From Ascidiella aspersa (taxonomy: Eukaryota), in assembly GCA_963924565.1 (NCBI GenBank), contig OZ004608.1:26040001-26104000 (forward strand): a DNA stretch of 64,000 bases, read 5' to 3'. The notes beneath the pieces were generated by a model, which had not been told where the DNA came from, did no database searches, and saw nothing but the letters and a program-made list of their open reading frames with translations. Positions 27,001-37,982 of the stretch are shown here, piece after piece; position 1 is the first letter of the stretch; each line of letters opens with the position of its first letter. The position numbers and the translations under genes are program-made.

Positions 27001-30000
27001 GATTGCAAGGCAACCGCTACATGCAAATTGCAGGCCCTGAAAAAAGAGACGCCACTTCTATTCAGCCAACAATCCACATACGCACTTCTGCCAAACAGAC
27101 TGAGTATATGCAACGTTCATTTGTTTTAATGTATATATAAGAAGTTGAAAATGCCGAATCCGGATGGCGGTTACATAACAACAACAAAAATCATTTTAGC
27201 GCACTATTTGTCAACAACAGCTGATGACTTTGGGTTCAGTGTAAGTACATCGAGCAAAATGAGCCTTCTCTAACGAGAAATCGTCGTACAGGATAGCAAT
27301 AACGTGACAGCGTTGCAATTGCATTTGTACGCCGATGACCGCTGTCACCCAAGAAGGTAGCAGGAAGATCAACACGAAAACATCGCCTTGTTTACAAGTC
27401 GCTCGCGCTCGGGGGTGGAGGGGAAAGTTGGCTGGTGGCCGCGAACAGGAAGTAGTAATGAGCAACGTGACATTACTTTGGCCTCGCTTACATTGTGGCA
27501 CAATAACAAACAGGCCCGGCGTCAGTTCGGAATAAATCCAACAGCGTTGTTTGCGTTGCACGATTCTAGCTACCGGCCGGGTCATTTTAAGTCGCAAGTA
27601 GCACGAAATTCACTTAACAATGTGGGCCAGTAAGGTTTAAGGTGAGTAAACACTCGTTTAGGCAGGCGGAACCTCCACCTGTCTCTTTTCAACCTCTTTC
27701 TACCATCGATGTGACAAGTTTTCCATAAATCCAGTCTTCCCGAACTATCGTTACGATGTTTCGGGCAAATACTAAGATCATCGCAACCGGATCTAAACTA
27801 TTTATTTCGTTATAATAGAGTCCAGTTGATAACAGGTAGGCTAATTTAAGACACGTAAAGATATTTTTTTTAAATCTTGAATAATACCGATGTAATGTAA
27901 CTGTGTTAATACTTCCTTTAGCGATAATTCATTAGGTTACATTGAGGTAGCTTATATTCATCGCCAACCATCGATGAAATATAGGTATTCGATATCTGAC
28001 ATTTCTAATAAGCGGTAGTTGGACTAGTCAAAAAAAATCACGAAAATTGGCATATTTCTTTACAAAAAAGCACATCAAGAAATTGACAATGACTATCACT
28101 AGAGTTAAGTTGGGGGCTGCAACACATTCTTTGTGAATCGAAGCACTTCATAATTTATGATATTCCTTAAAAACCCTAAAAAATTAATAAATAAAATAGT
28201 AAATATATTTGTAAACGTTCTTTAAAGGGTTGTTTGGCAGCTGAAAATATTTTTTGTTAAATATTAAACGTCTCTTCTGGTATAATATATGTTGCAACAC
28301 GCGTTTTGATAAAAACGAGTTTTACTACCGATTTGGTTGAAGGCAGTAAGACCCATCTTTTCTCTCTAGCAATACCTAGTGGCTGAAGGTATTGTTTCTC
28401 GCGGATATCATAAATGGAAACTTTAGTCTAAACAAATTCAAATTGTAACACGAGGTGAAAACAGGGGTAAGCTATGAGTTAACCAACTAATTGATTATTG
28501 AAAGACCTAAACCACATTTAGTTATGCGAAATTTCCCAATGTAATATATGTCAATATTGTGCCGTTGTGTCATGTGGTATTGGTATAAAAGTCGTATGTT
28601 TTCTTCAAACAAATAGTTTTCGTCTGTCCAAGGTCATCACTAAATTTAGTTAAGAATTGATAACAAAGATAGCATATTGTCAAAACATTATTGGATGTAC
28701 CAAACCCTGAATTCACTATGGTTTAAGCGTAACGTTTTAAAAATGAACAGATTAAAACAGCTCGTACTAAAAAACTTTCCTATCAAGGCGACCACATAAC
28801 TTATGTCTTAGCAATAAACAAGCAATAACATGTAAAAAAATAAAACGATTTAAATGTTTTCCGTCTAAATATTAAACTCAAAGAAGTCTAGTTGCAAAAG
28901 AAGAGTAGCAACAGTTAAAGCTAGTTAGGCAGTCTATGATCCCAATTGCACAAATTAGTGCTATTGAACTAGCTAGAGAGTTAGAGCCAGACAGAAAAAC
29001 AAGGTTCGGGCCTTCCAATGATTAATATAACCGACGCAAACAAACATGGCAGAAACAGTCCCGGTTCACACACACACACAAGCAGGCCGTTTGTTGGTTT
29101 TCAGGGCAGTGCCGTTCCGCACTCAACTGGTTTTAACTAGTTCGCGCTGGTGTGTTTAGCCATAACAAGTGACAGGGAGGTTGTTTCGTCGCGAGGCAAT
29201 GTCCAAACAAGAATTGGAAAGGTAAACAACGGGCTCTCGACATGCGATAGTTAAAGTTTGATGAGCGAGGTTCGAGCCAAAGGATCTTGGGAAGGCAAAT
29301 TTTTTCGAACATGAAAGGGCGATAAAACTTGGAGCAATCGTTGATCATTAATCCGTCGCAAAGCTATCTGTGCGAAGGAGCCGAATGCTTTGGCTTATTA
29401 GTTTGGCATGATGCTTGCGAATACGTGCCGATAAGAGTCCGCGTAAACCTTTGGTCACGATCAGGAACGACCTTGAAAAGAAACACAAACAACCTGCCTA
29501 ATGCCAATACCACGTGTATATCCCTACACCACTTAACGTTTCAGGGTTTCTTCATTGAGGCACGAAATCATTGAAATTCTTGCCAACAGTCAAAGTTAAA
29601 CAGCGCTTAAAATGGGCCAACCAAAACAAACAAGTCCTAATCGCATTAAAACATAAACCGCTGAACAGGACAATTATATACAGTATAGGCTGAGAACCAA
29701 CAGCCCTTTTTAATGTGTTTTAATTTTTGCTATTATTTGGCTGTTACAAATGTATAACCTGGCCATACTAGTGTTTTTTGGCAAGGTTGGCGACTATATA
29801 GTAGGTAGAATGGTGCAACCGGGCCCCCAAAACGGGAAACACAAATTAGCCCTTGTCAAATAAATTTTCGACCGAAACAAACCAAATTGCTTATTCGACA
29901 GGCGTCCGAACATTACAACAATACTCCAAAAGTTGATCGATTATTATGCGATAAACGCTTTTACCTATTTGACAACTTAACGCCGTTACAAAACTTTATT

Positions 30001-31666
30001 TCTGATTGGTAGCTTTCTGAGTTTTTTTACCAAACAACTCACTACAAAATGTCGGTAAAAGTGACATAGGCTTAGTTCTTCTCATTCCCAAACACCTGAT
30101 CAACCCGAAGCATATCATTTTATGGGTGTTTCACACGAATCGAAGAAACATATTATAAGGTAGGAAGCCGGGACAGTGTGTTGATTGAACGATCATTAAA
30201 CCAAAACAGACGACTTCAACCCCCCGTCCACGCTCGATCCCGCCTTTTTTGTGGACTTAAAACCGTGTAACCGGTAGTCGAACGGCACTGCTGCCTCCCT
30301 GGGACCGCTATCGCAAGCTTCGCGGCCTGTTATTAAAGCACGATAAACAAGGAAAGCGCCGGCGTGTGAAAGGCGCCTCGTGTTTACGAAGCTTATCTTA
30401 CTTCGGCGTATTCGGCAAACCTGGATCTTGGGTTTCCGCGAAAACGTCAACAACTGGCCAGTAGAGGGGGCCCGAAACTGACGGCCACATCTGCTCATCG
30501 TCAGAGAGAAATCACAACAATCATCGCGACGACTCCTTTTGGAGGCCAACTTTAACCAGCGGTCTGGGTCGGGCGTGGTAACAGACCTATCCCGCGCTAT
30601 TAAACAAACTACAACTCCGGATATGAACCCGAGATGTGGGGCGCTGCACCCAACGCTCTGACGTACGTTATACAGTGCAGACTCGGGAAGCACTTCTCGG
30701 AAGTACTACCGAACATAGATCGAAAGCATACACTTTTTTGATCTACGTAATCTCTTTATAAATAGCATTACAAAAGCTTACGCAAGGATTAACAGTTTTT
30801 GTCGTTGCCTCAAGAATCATAAGGAACCTTTAAGCTACGTAGCGAAAGATTATCCTGGAGTGTGAAATTACCAATTCGTCTCCGTAACTAGAATCCAAGC
30901 TTAAACCAAACATTGCCCAAATTTTTTTTAAGATTGAAATATGTTGGTGAGTGTCGACCTTTTTCAGAAAACCTGTTACCAATTAAACCTTTTCCATTGT
31001 CACTAATTTTACCATAATAAACAACAACATGCTAACATGATAACATCATCGTTAAAATGTAAAGTTCAAGCTTTGTTTAATTTCTGTCACATCCAAATCG
31101 AGTTATTAGGTAAAGTAGACAAATTTCGCTGTATGACGGTCGGAAACTAAGGCGTTCCGTTTGTAGTTGCAACAAGGGCGCTGCCTGAAATTCGGTAACA
31201 CAGGTGTGATTCAAATTCATCTCGTAATCTGTAGCCTATATTGATACCATGTGTAAGGTCGCTCGGCATGTGAGATGACTGGATCATGGACCCAACAATA
31301 AAGCCCTCCTAAAACGTTACACTAAACACGTGGGTGAAAAGGCAAGCAAGCACGTGATAAAAGTTGACCCGTAGAACAACTGACGTGTTTTCACAATGCA
31401 TTTACACATGCTCTTCCCCGATAGTTAATTAAATCAAAAACGTTATTATAATAATAGCATATCAAAATATTTGTCAGTGGGTCTATGTGTCAATAAATAA
31501 AGGCGTGTCAAAAAAACTCTTTCGTTTTTACTATCCTTACGTATAAAATGCTTACAGTCCAAACGTGTCACGAAACGTGTAAAAAAGTTATATATATAAC
31601 GGTGCGTCACGTAATGTCATATCCATGAACCAAAAGTAAGATTCGCTCACCTTGTCGATTGTCCAT
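1..31666 (-). CDS. Forkhead-box transcription factor with two C2H2 zinc fingers and poly-Q (15 exons in window, 3' end beyond window, >1079 aa)
   Basis: Exons (minus): 31651-31666, 13239-14351, 12027-12188, 11393-11698, 10444-10629, 10236-10375, 9944-10166, 9540-9656, 9089-9385, 8849-8967, 8630-8774, 8446-8549, 8002-8147, 571-646, 1-88. All introns are GT..AG, all 14 phases chain without a stop, total 3238 nt. Fox subfamily not assignable, so no symbol. Confidence 0.8.
571..646 (-). CDS. Fox-ZF exon 14
   Basis: ttacag acceptor in phase 2 matches exon 13; [25 protein letters not shown]; GAG|GTGTGT donor. Confidence 0.65.
8002..8147 (-). CDS. Fox-ZF exon 13 with C2H2 zinc finger 2 (C-x2-C-x12-H-x4-H)
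   Basis: [24 protein letters not shown]...LPNLEV; ttacag acceptor, CT|GTAAGT donor (phase 2). Confidence 0.82.
8446..8549 (-). CDS. Fox-ZF exon 12
   Basis: [15 protein letters not shown]...KKNIHGW; aaag acceptor, GTTAGT donor. Confidence 0.72.
8630..8774 (-). CDS. Fox-ZF exon 11
   Basis: [28 protein letters not shown]...; G|GTAACT donor. Confidence 0.78.
8849..8967 (-). CDS. Fox-ZF exon 10
   Basis: [24 protein letters not shown]...FPRQ; CAG|GTTCGT donor. Confidence 0.78.
9089..9385 (-). CDS. Fox-ZF exon 9 (poly-glutamine)
   Basis: [13 protein letters not shown]...QQVQ5HQ26HQRDAAAA...; phase 1-1. Confidence 0.85.
9195..9305 (-). repeat. Mixed CAG/CAA trinucleotide tract (26 uninterrupted Gln codons at 9201-9278)
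   Basis: (ctg/ttg)n on the plus strand, inside exon 9. Confidence 0.95.
9540..9656 (-). CDS. Fox-ZF exon 8
   Basis: [15 protein letters not shown]...VQHASA; gcag acceptor, G|GTAACC donor. Confidence 0.8.
9944..10166 (-). CDS. Fox-ZF exon 7 with C2H2 zinc finger 1 (C-x2-C-x14-H-x4-H)
   Basis: [45 protein letters not shown]...; absent from the ORF track, translated by hand. Confidence 0.85.
10236..10375 (-). CDS. Fox-ZF exon 6
   Basis: AQSGIVLPS...MVDGVN; tgcag acceptor, GTAAGT donor. Confidence 0.83.
10444..10629 (-). CDS. Fox-ZF exon 5
   Basis: AMNNDDGKR...AAAQKSLM; tttacag acceptor, GTACGA donor, phase 1-1. Confidence 0.8.
11393..11698 (-). CDS. Fox-ZF exon 4
   Basis: GSGGRKSK...KQGEGPNL; ccag acceptor, GTTCGT donor, phase 1-1. 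Confidence 0.8.
12027..12188 (-). CDS. Fox-ZF exon 3: forkhead wings and basic tail
   Basis: [35 protein letters not shown] completes the forkhead domain; tttag acceptor, G|GTAAAA donor. Confidence 0.93.
13239..14351 (-). CDS. Fox-ZF exon 2: N-terminal S/P-rich region plus forkhead helices 1-3
   Basis: [63 protein letters not shown]; donor G|GTGAGT. The frame stays open upstream of the ORF-track start to the acceptor ggtag at 14352. Confidence 0.93.
18982..19265. mobile_element. Non-autonomous hAT (Buster/Charlie-like) MITE in Fox-ZF intron 1
   Basis: TIRs CAGTGTTGCTCAACCT / AGGTTGAGAAACACTG; flanks gtaaaggg / gtttaggc (decayed TSD, 5/8). Confidence 0.75.
31651..31666 (-). CDS. Fox-ZF gene putative first coding exon (MDNRQ)
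   Basis: cgtcATGG context, then AAG|GTGAGC donor in phase 1, matching the phase-1 acceptor at 14352. Lies at the edge of a GC-rich region. Confidence 0.6.
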
Positions 31667-32130
31667 GACGTCGGTTTCTCACAACAGAAGCGCGACAGAA
31701 GCGGCGGGCATCTCCTCGAAGATCGATAAAATCCAACTTTTACAACCGGACGCGACAATGAGGTGCGACCGCGTCAACAAACTGTATGACGATCCGGCGG
31801 CGACAATAGGCACCAAAAAGACGTCGGTTTTGCGAGTTCTTAGAGACGTCGCGAGTTGCTCACACACGGACAGAGCGCGTTGTGATGAGACGGCGTGGGT
31901 GCGACGGGCCTTCAACAACAATATAAAATTCCGCGCGACGACATGTAAACCAACAGTGCCCGGGCGCGGGGTAAAGAAACATCCTCGTGCGCTGTGTACA
32001 AGGCACAAAATAAACAGGGCGTCGATTTTGCAGCAGCGCCGTCGCTGATGATGATGCTGATGAAGGGGGGAGGGAGCGTTTGAGAGCGCGCGGGGCTGTT
32101 GAGTCGCCCCCTCGAGCTAACAAGGACAAA
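31667..32130 (-). promoter_or_regulatory. Putative 5' UTR/proximal promoter of the Fox-ZF gene
   Basis: CpG/GC-rich block directly upstream of the proposed ATG; contains uORFs; TSS not determinable. Confidence 0.4.
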
Positions 32131-33730
32131 CAGACGTGCGCTGGAGTTGTTGACGAGACCTAAACTCCAGCCTGGTTTAAAGTATAGTTATCGCGGCCAT
32201 CGGGAGACATTGTTTTACCCAAATTTTATGCGTCGTATCATCACATTTACACGTAAGCTTCAAATGCCGTCTACTCGAATTTTTAGCCCTGATGTTGTTT
32301 GAACGTGAGTAAACCGTGTCAACATTGATCAAAATACCATTACTTCACCCATGTCACTTTGCGGTGTACTAAAAAACGTTGGAACAAAACAACTTTACTT
32401 CATGACTACCGTGTCACTTCACGGTTGCCGTGTAGAAAGACAATGTCTTCCCAACTTGGCAAACTTGGCAAGCTCGAATCTGTCTCTGCTGCGCTGCGCG
32501 TGCAAAAGTAAACAGAGAGAACGGAAAGAGACAGTGTGAGTGTGGAGAGCAACAATCGGCCCGGTTGTGCTTCCCTGAGCAAATTCGTTGATGATAAGTC
32601 GCACCGAGTTGCCATGAAAACAAAATAGGTGCCAGCAGCGCTCACTAAGTTCCAATAAATTGCTGAAGGAAAAATGTTTCTCACACGTCGCACGTTCTAT
32701 ATTATCACTTTTCAAGGTGCGCCCGAAAACGTACATTTGTTTGTTTGTCAATGACTGTTTTCAATTCTCAGGCGTTTTCCAGCATTTTACTCACCAATTG
32801 CCGTTTTGGTGAATTAAAAGATGTTTTTGATAAATAATTTTCAGATAAGGGTCCATTCCCATACTATTTTTTTATATGAGAAAAACGTTCTCAGTTGTTG
32901 ACCTATGTTTCAACCATAAACTCACAAGTCATATCGCAACTTTATAAAAATTCAACACATGTTACTGCTAGTCAAAAGCATACGGCAAGACGAAAGAAGT
33001 TATTTCGGAGATTATGTTGTTAAAAAGACCCGTTCAACATATTTACACACTATTGCTTATTATGTGTTTCTTCACGTTAAAGCACTATCCTCTCGATAAA
33101 ATATCCACTATGGCTACATTTTATTTTGTTACTTTTTATTTCACTGTTGGTCTTTCACTCCGATAACAGGAAAGTCTTATGTGTATATAAGACTGCGGCC
33201 GGATATGTCTCGGAAATGTGACAAAACATTCAACATACTAGCCTACTAAAGCCGTTGTTATGAGTTAGATTTATTGTCCCGTAAATTATTATTGTTTGCT
33301 CCATTATGACGAAACTCAAATAAAATCCAAATCCTTTCGGTGTGTTACCGTCACCTGAACATTCAAAGCAAGGCCCTGAAAAATATCGACATTAAGAAAT
33401 TTTGCTTCGGCATCCTAGAGAAGTTGTATTTGATTGACATACTAAACGAAACAAGACAAGGCGCACCACAATACATTGTTTTGGATCTTTTCAGAAGTTA
33501 AATCTTGCTTCGTGTATCAGGAACAAACAAACGCGTAAATTGCCAAAACATGTACATAATCGGTTTAAACAAGGTTGCCTAATGTAACGTTGGATGTCAA
33601 GGGTTCGTTTTGACAATTGTGCGAGACAAACAAATAATCAAGGAACACTATGCGTAATGTAAGATTAGCCCGGCACAACGTCGGGCCAACGCATGTTGCC
33701 GATCAGAGACGCTCTTACCGCGTGTATTTG

Positions 33731-33746
33731 CCCCCCCCCCCCCCCC
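33731..33746. repeat. C16 homopolymer inside a GC-rich block (33650-34100)
   Basis: Directly visible; followed by tgattacgtcacgg. Confidence 0.9.
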
Positions 33747-36280
33747 TGATTACGTCACGGAACGTGGGCATCGCCGTGCAGCGTCGTAAATTATTCAGCG
33801 CCGAGCGAGTAAAAGCGCCCGGTCAGAGTCGGCGAACGTTCCTTGAAGGTCACGCAATCTTCCGGCCCTCAAACCATTGCAGGCGAGGTTTTCTATTCTC
33901 ATCCAGACATCGACCAAACTTCGAGTCGCGTCGTCGTCGACGGTGCTTATTCTCGATTCCTCATCAATTTTTAATCGGGACGCATCCCGACGTGTTGTCA
34001 CGCCCCCGTTTTGGGCCACCATTTGCATGCATAAAATAGCGCACAGCCTTGAAGCTTAGCAGTTTCGACGGTCTGACGTTTCACGATCCTTGCTCGACTT
34101 TCGTGTGACCTGTTGCTGTAGTTTGCACTTCACGTTTTTATTTAAATCTAGCCACCTATAGCGCTATATCAATTGTTCAGTGAAGGAGTAAAACAAGTTC
34201 CAACGTTCTTTGAAATACGCTTTTTAGATGTTGAGTTAAAATAGTTTAGGACAACATAGTTAAGTTAAGGAATTTTGAGGATGAATTCTCATGTTTTTAC
34301 ATGTATTTGCCTACATTAAGTGTGGCTGGGCGAAAACAAATAAATATGTAGGATTTCGCAAGCTTTCACCAAATTACACACCGTTCCTGAAAATTACATT
34401 TACCCCCGTGTTTAACTTGTTAGTCTATGGGGAGCATAAAACAAAATTGTTGTAAGACGATTGGAAATACACCCCTGAAATAAATTGTGTTAAACCTTAA
34501 TCTACCACAGCGAAACTAAAATGATAAAATCTCATAATTAAAGTTAATGTAGAGCTTTTTGATCACTTTGCACCAACATTTGACACAGTCTCTTGCTTAA
34601 CATGCATACCATTCTTAACAACTATTGAAACGTTCGATAACTACCATTTGTGGAAAACATTTATAATTGTTTTCATAAAAACATAACAGTTTAGAAAGTT
34701 CAAAATAAATATAAAATAAAAACCCTTCATTACCTAAATATCATTCCAATGACAAGTCGTGACCCGCGACGTATATTGGCCTCGAGCTATACAGTTCAAT
34801 TAATTTAATTTATCAGGCCTCTAACTTACGCATCTTTCTTGATAAACGGAGCCCCGTAAAAATTTCACTGAACTCTTGTCAGTATCGTCTGCTTTGTGAC
34901 GCAACAAACATTAAATCAGGAGTGTGCATTAAATGTTTTGGCTTGGCGTCAACAGTCTTTGTCATGGGGCACTGTTTTGCAATAACAGTCTGATAGTATC
35001 ATGTGCTTTGATTACTTGGCCTACAAGGGTATATCAGTAAAACTTTAATACATGAAGTCATAAAGTTAATATTAGCTATTGTGTTATAAACTCAAATAAC
35101 TATAGTCAATTTTATAGCCTACTGTTTATTAAAATGGTAATTTATGAAAAAAACATGATTGTGCGTAGCATTTTTATATACTGCTAACAAACTATTTTGC
35201 AATTTTAGTCACTAAGTTTAAAAAAAACCAGTGCGAATCTTTTTAAGTCCAATTCGTAATGCCCTATCTAAACTATATTTTTTCTAAATTTAAACCTAAT
35301 AAAATATTTGCTTCGCACAAATGCTATATATCGTCAACCCCTTGAATGTATTTGGACTAAGATTTCAGTTCCATATTTGCAAACGAAGTTAAACGATAAG
35401 CCCACATTTTTTGCGTTTCAGTAAAAAAATCCCATCGTCTCACTTAGAAAACTGCTCTACTTTCAACCCTGGGTATAGGCTTACCATATTTTTGCAACTT
35501 CAAACCGAGACGCTGAATATTTGTTTATGTTTTCGGCATTTCATAATAACTAAGTCGAAACAATATTTTATATCCGGCCAGCTATCATTATTCATTAGTC
35601 ATTATTACAGTTATCCGACCCGCGATCGTATGTCTTAGCTAAATAGCCGTCCCTTTGTAAAAAAAGTTTGGTGACCTTCGATATACGACACTGGCTATGG
35701 GCGAATACGTTTTATTTTATTTTTTTGGAAAAACTCTTATTTTGATTTGAACAGCTAAAACCGGCTCTAAAGGCCAAAACGGGACAGTTGGTCCAGGACG
35801 CCGGGAAAAAGTACTAAAAAACGGGACTGTTTTGGCTATATGGCAGCAGTTTTTTTTGGCAGGCAAAAATAAAAAAAAGCAAAACTTTCCTCAAAAAAAG
35901 TCGAAAAAAGTCAAATCTATTAAAAACTCCAACAAGCCTATGGTTTTGCTTAAATTAATAAAAAATGCAAAAAAATGGTCATGCTTGTACATTGAATTTC
36001 TCTATTTGTGGCCATTTTTCTCAATTTTTTCATTTTTTGTAGCTTTTGTAAAGTCTTCTTGGTAATTTTTTCTCTTTTTTTAATTTTTTTTTATCATAGT
36101 TCTCTTTTTATGTTAGTTTGTTGATCTCTTCGTTACATTACACCAGTGCAATTTTCGAATAAAACAGAAAAGCCTAAAAAAGACAAATTTTATATGTATT
36201 TTTAACTGGCTGTATCAGTAGCCTACTTACTTCACTGCCAACTTGTAAAGTGATGTCATAATGGATGTTAAACAATCAAC

Positions 36281-37048
36281 ATGAAAGTATTTTTTTATCA
36301 TTTTCGTTTAATGTTTAATTGTTGGCGCAGTTTGCATGCAATCTTGTGCAAGACAAATTAAATGTATCTTATCGTTCAAATCGGTTCGAATTTGTTCTCA
36401 CTTCCAGTGGGAATCTTTTATTGGCAACACTTTGCCGATAATTTTGCCAAGGAGGCCATAGAATGGAAAAGGTTTCTTTTAGAGACCGATCCTGGCTTAA
36501 ATATCATCATGCTGTTGTTGATTTTGTTAGTGTTGGCGCTAACAAAAGTTTGTGTTGAAGTAGGATTTACTTTAACGAAAAGATAAACTTGTAACTAAAA
36601 TTAATTATAATAAATTGTGAGTTGGTAGAGTCTAATAGAGTAAGTTTACCTTGGTAAAAAGTTTTAATTCACATTTATTATTAATAGTGTTTTGTTTGTA
36701 CTAACCTATCGATTTTTGGCGCTGCATTTTTAGCGCCAGTAACCATGTAGTGTATAAATGAGTTGCATTTTTGTTTTTAGGTTCGCATGTCAACTGAAAT
36801 CAAAACTGCGAAACACTAGAGTAGAATTGAGGTCCAACGCAAGTTTTGAGGTAATAGCAAACACATTTATTCTTCGACTGCACAGCACCTGTTTAAACAT
36901 GCGCTATCTGTATCAAAACTTCGTCAGAAGTGTTATATGTTGTATGTTTTTTAGAACCAAAGTACTTCGGATGACTAGTTACTGGTGCCATACCTTTCGG
37001 AAAGCTCGAACGTTCAAAATAACAAGGACGTCGATTCTTTCCATACAG
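36281..37048 (+). pseudogene. Apparently damaged upstream exons of the repeat-protein gene (signal-like, TM-like and two small exons)
   Basis: Exon-like segments 36408-36582 (LNIIMLLLILLVLALTKV), 36781-36850 and 36955-37048. Phases chain into 37983, but there is an in-frame TAG at 36976-36978 and AG|ATAAAC where a GT donor is needed. Confidence 0.35.
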
Positions 37049-37982
37049 GTAAATATTTTATAAAGAACAATAGATTAGTTATGGAATTCGTAAAATGGTT
37101 TCAACTGAACGTTATTAACCGCCGTCCTAGGGCCGATGGACTTATTTAACGAATCCGACAAAGGCCCGGTTTTGGGCAAATTAGAACCCCCCTATACACC
37201 TTCGCGCAAAATCGTTCTATAGTTTAGATCGGTTTTAGCTAGTTTAGATCGTTGTTTTTTTATTATTTTATTTTTTGTGTCCATAGCGCCACGCATGTTA
37301 CGGTGCTGTTCAAAGTATATAAAAAATAGACTAAGCCTATTTAAATACTATATTATTTAGGATTATCAGGAAGTTCTCCGCCTGAAACGTTTCGAATTAT
37401 ATAAACTATAATTTTTTAAGGCGACGAATAATTTCTTTAATTGTTTTTGCTTTATTCATAAGGCTTTGGGGACAACAAATCTCCAACCTGGGTTTCCTTA
37501 AGAAAATTTAAAATAAAAACTAACCTGTTATTGAAAAGAAACGAATTTTGATCTGTTTGGTTAATTAAATTTACTACAAAACTTTTTTTCAATTGAGCAG
37601 TCAAAATAGGATTGCATATTTTTGTTAAATGACCGTTTTTTAACATTTCGTTGTAGAATAGGGGCCACCAAACTATGTTTATAAAGGGTATTTACCCATA
37701 CGGCCTGAAGATCGTGGGCCACTATGAAGGAAACATGAAAAGTTATTTTATAAAAAAAAATCTTGAACTGCATGAAATTGCGAGTTGTATAAAATTGTCG
37801 TGCAGTTTAAATTAGTCAAAATTTTGTTGATTTGAATTCCACAACATGTCATAATTATTTTGTCTTCATTGGGGCAATATTTGACGGGTCGGAAAAATTA
37901 CCTCTGCGAGCTGTACTTTGGTTAGAGGAATATCATTAAATAATTACTTTTTTTGTTTTTAATTTTTTTTAAATATTTTAAG

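Noticed and set aside
19500-30700. ORFs at 19.5-20.4, 22.2-24.1, 27.2-27.6 and 30.2-30.7 kb as a nested gene
   Set aside because: No homology recognised and no consistent exon chain
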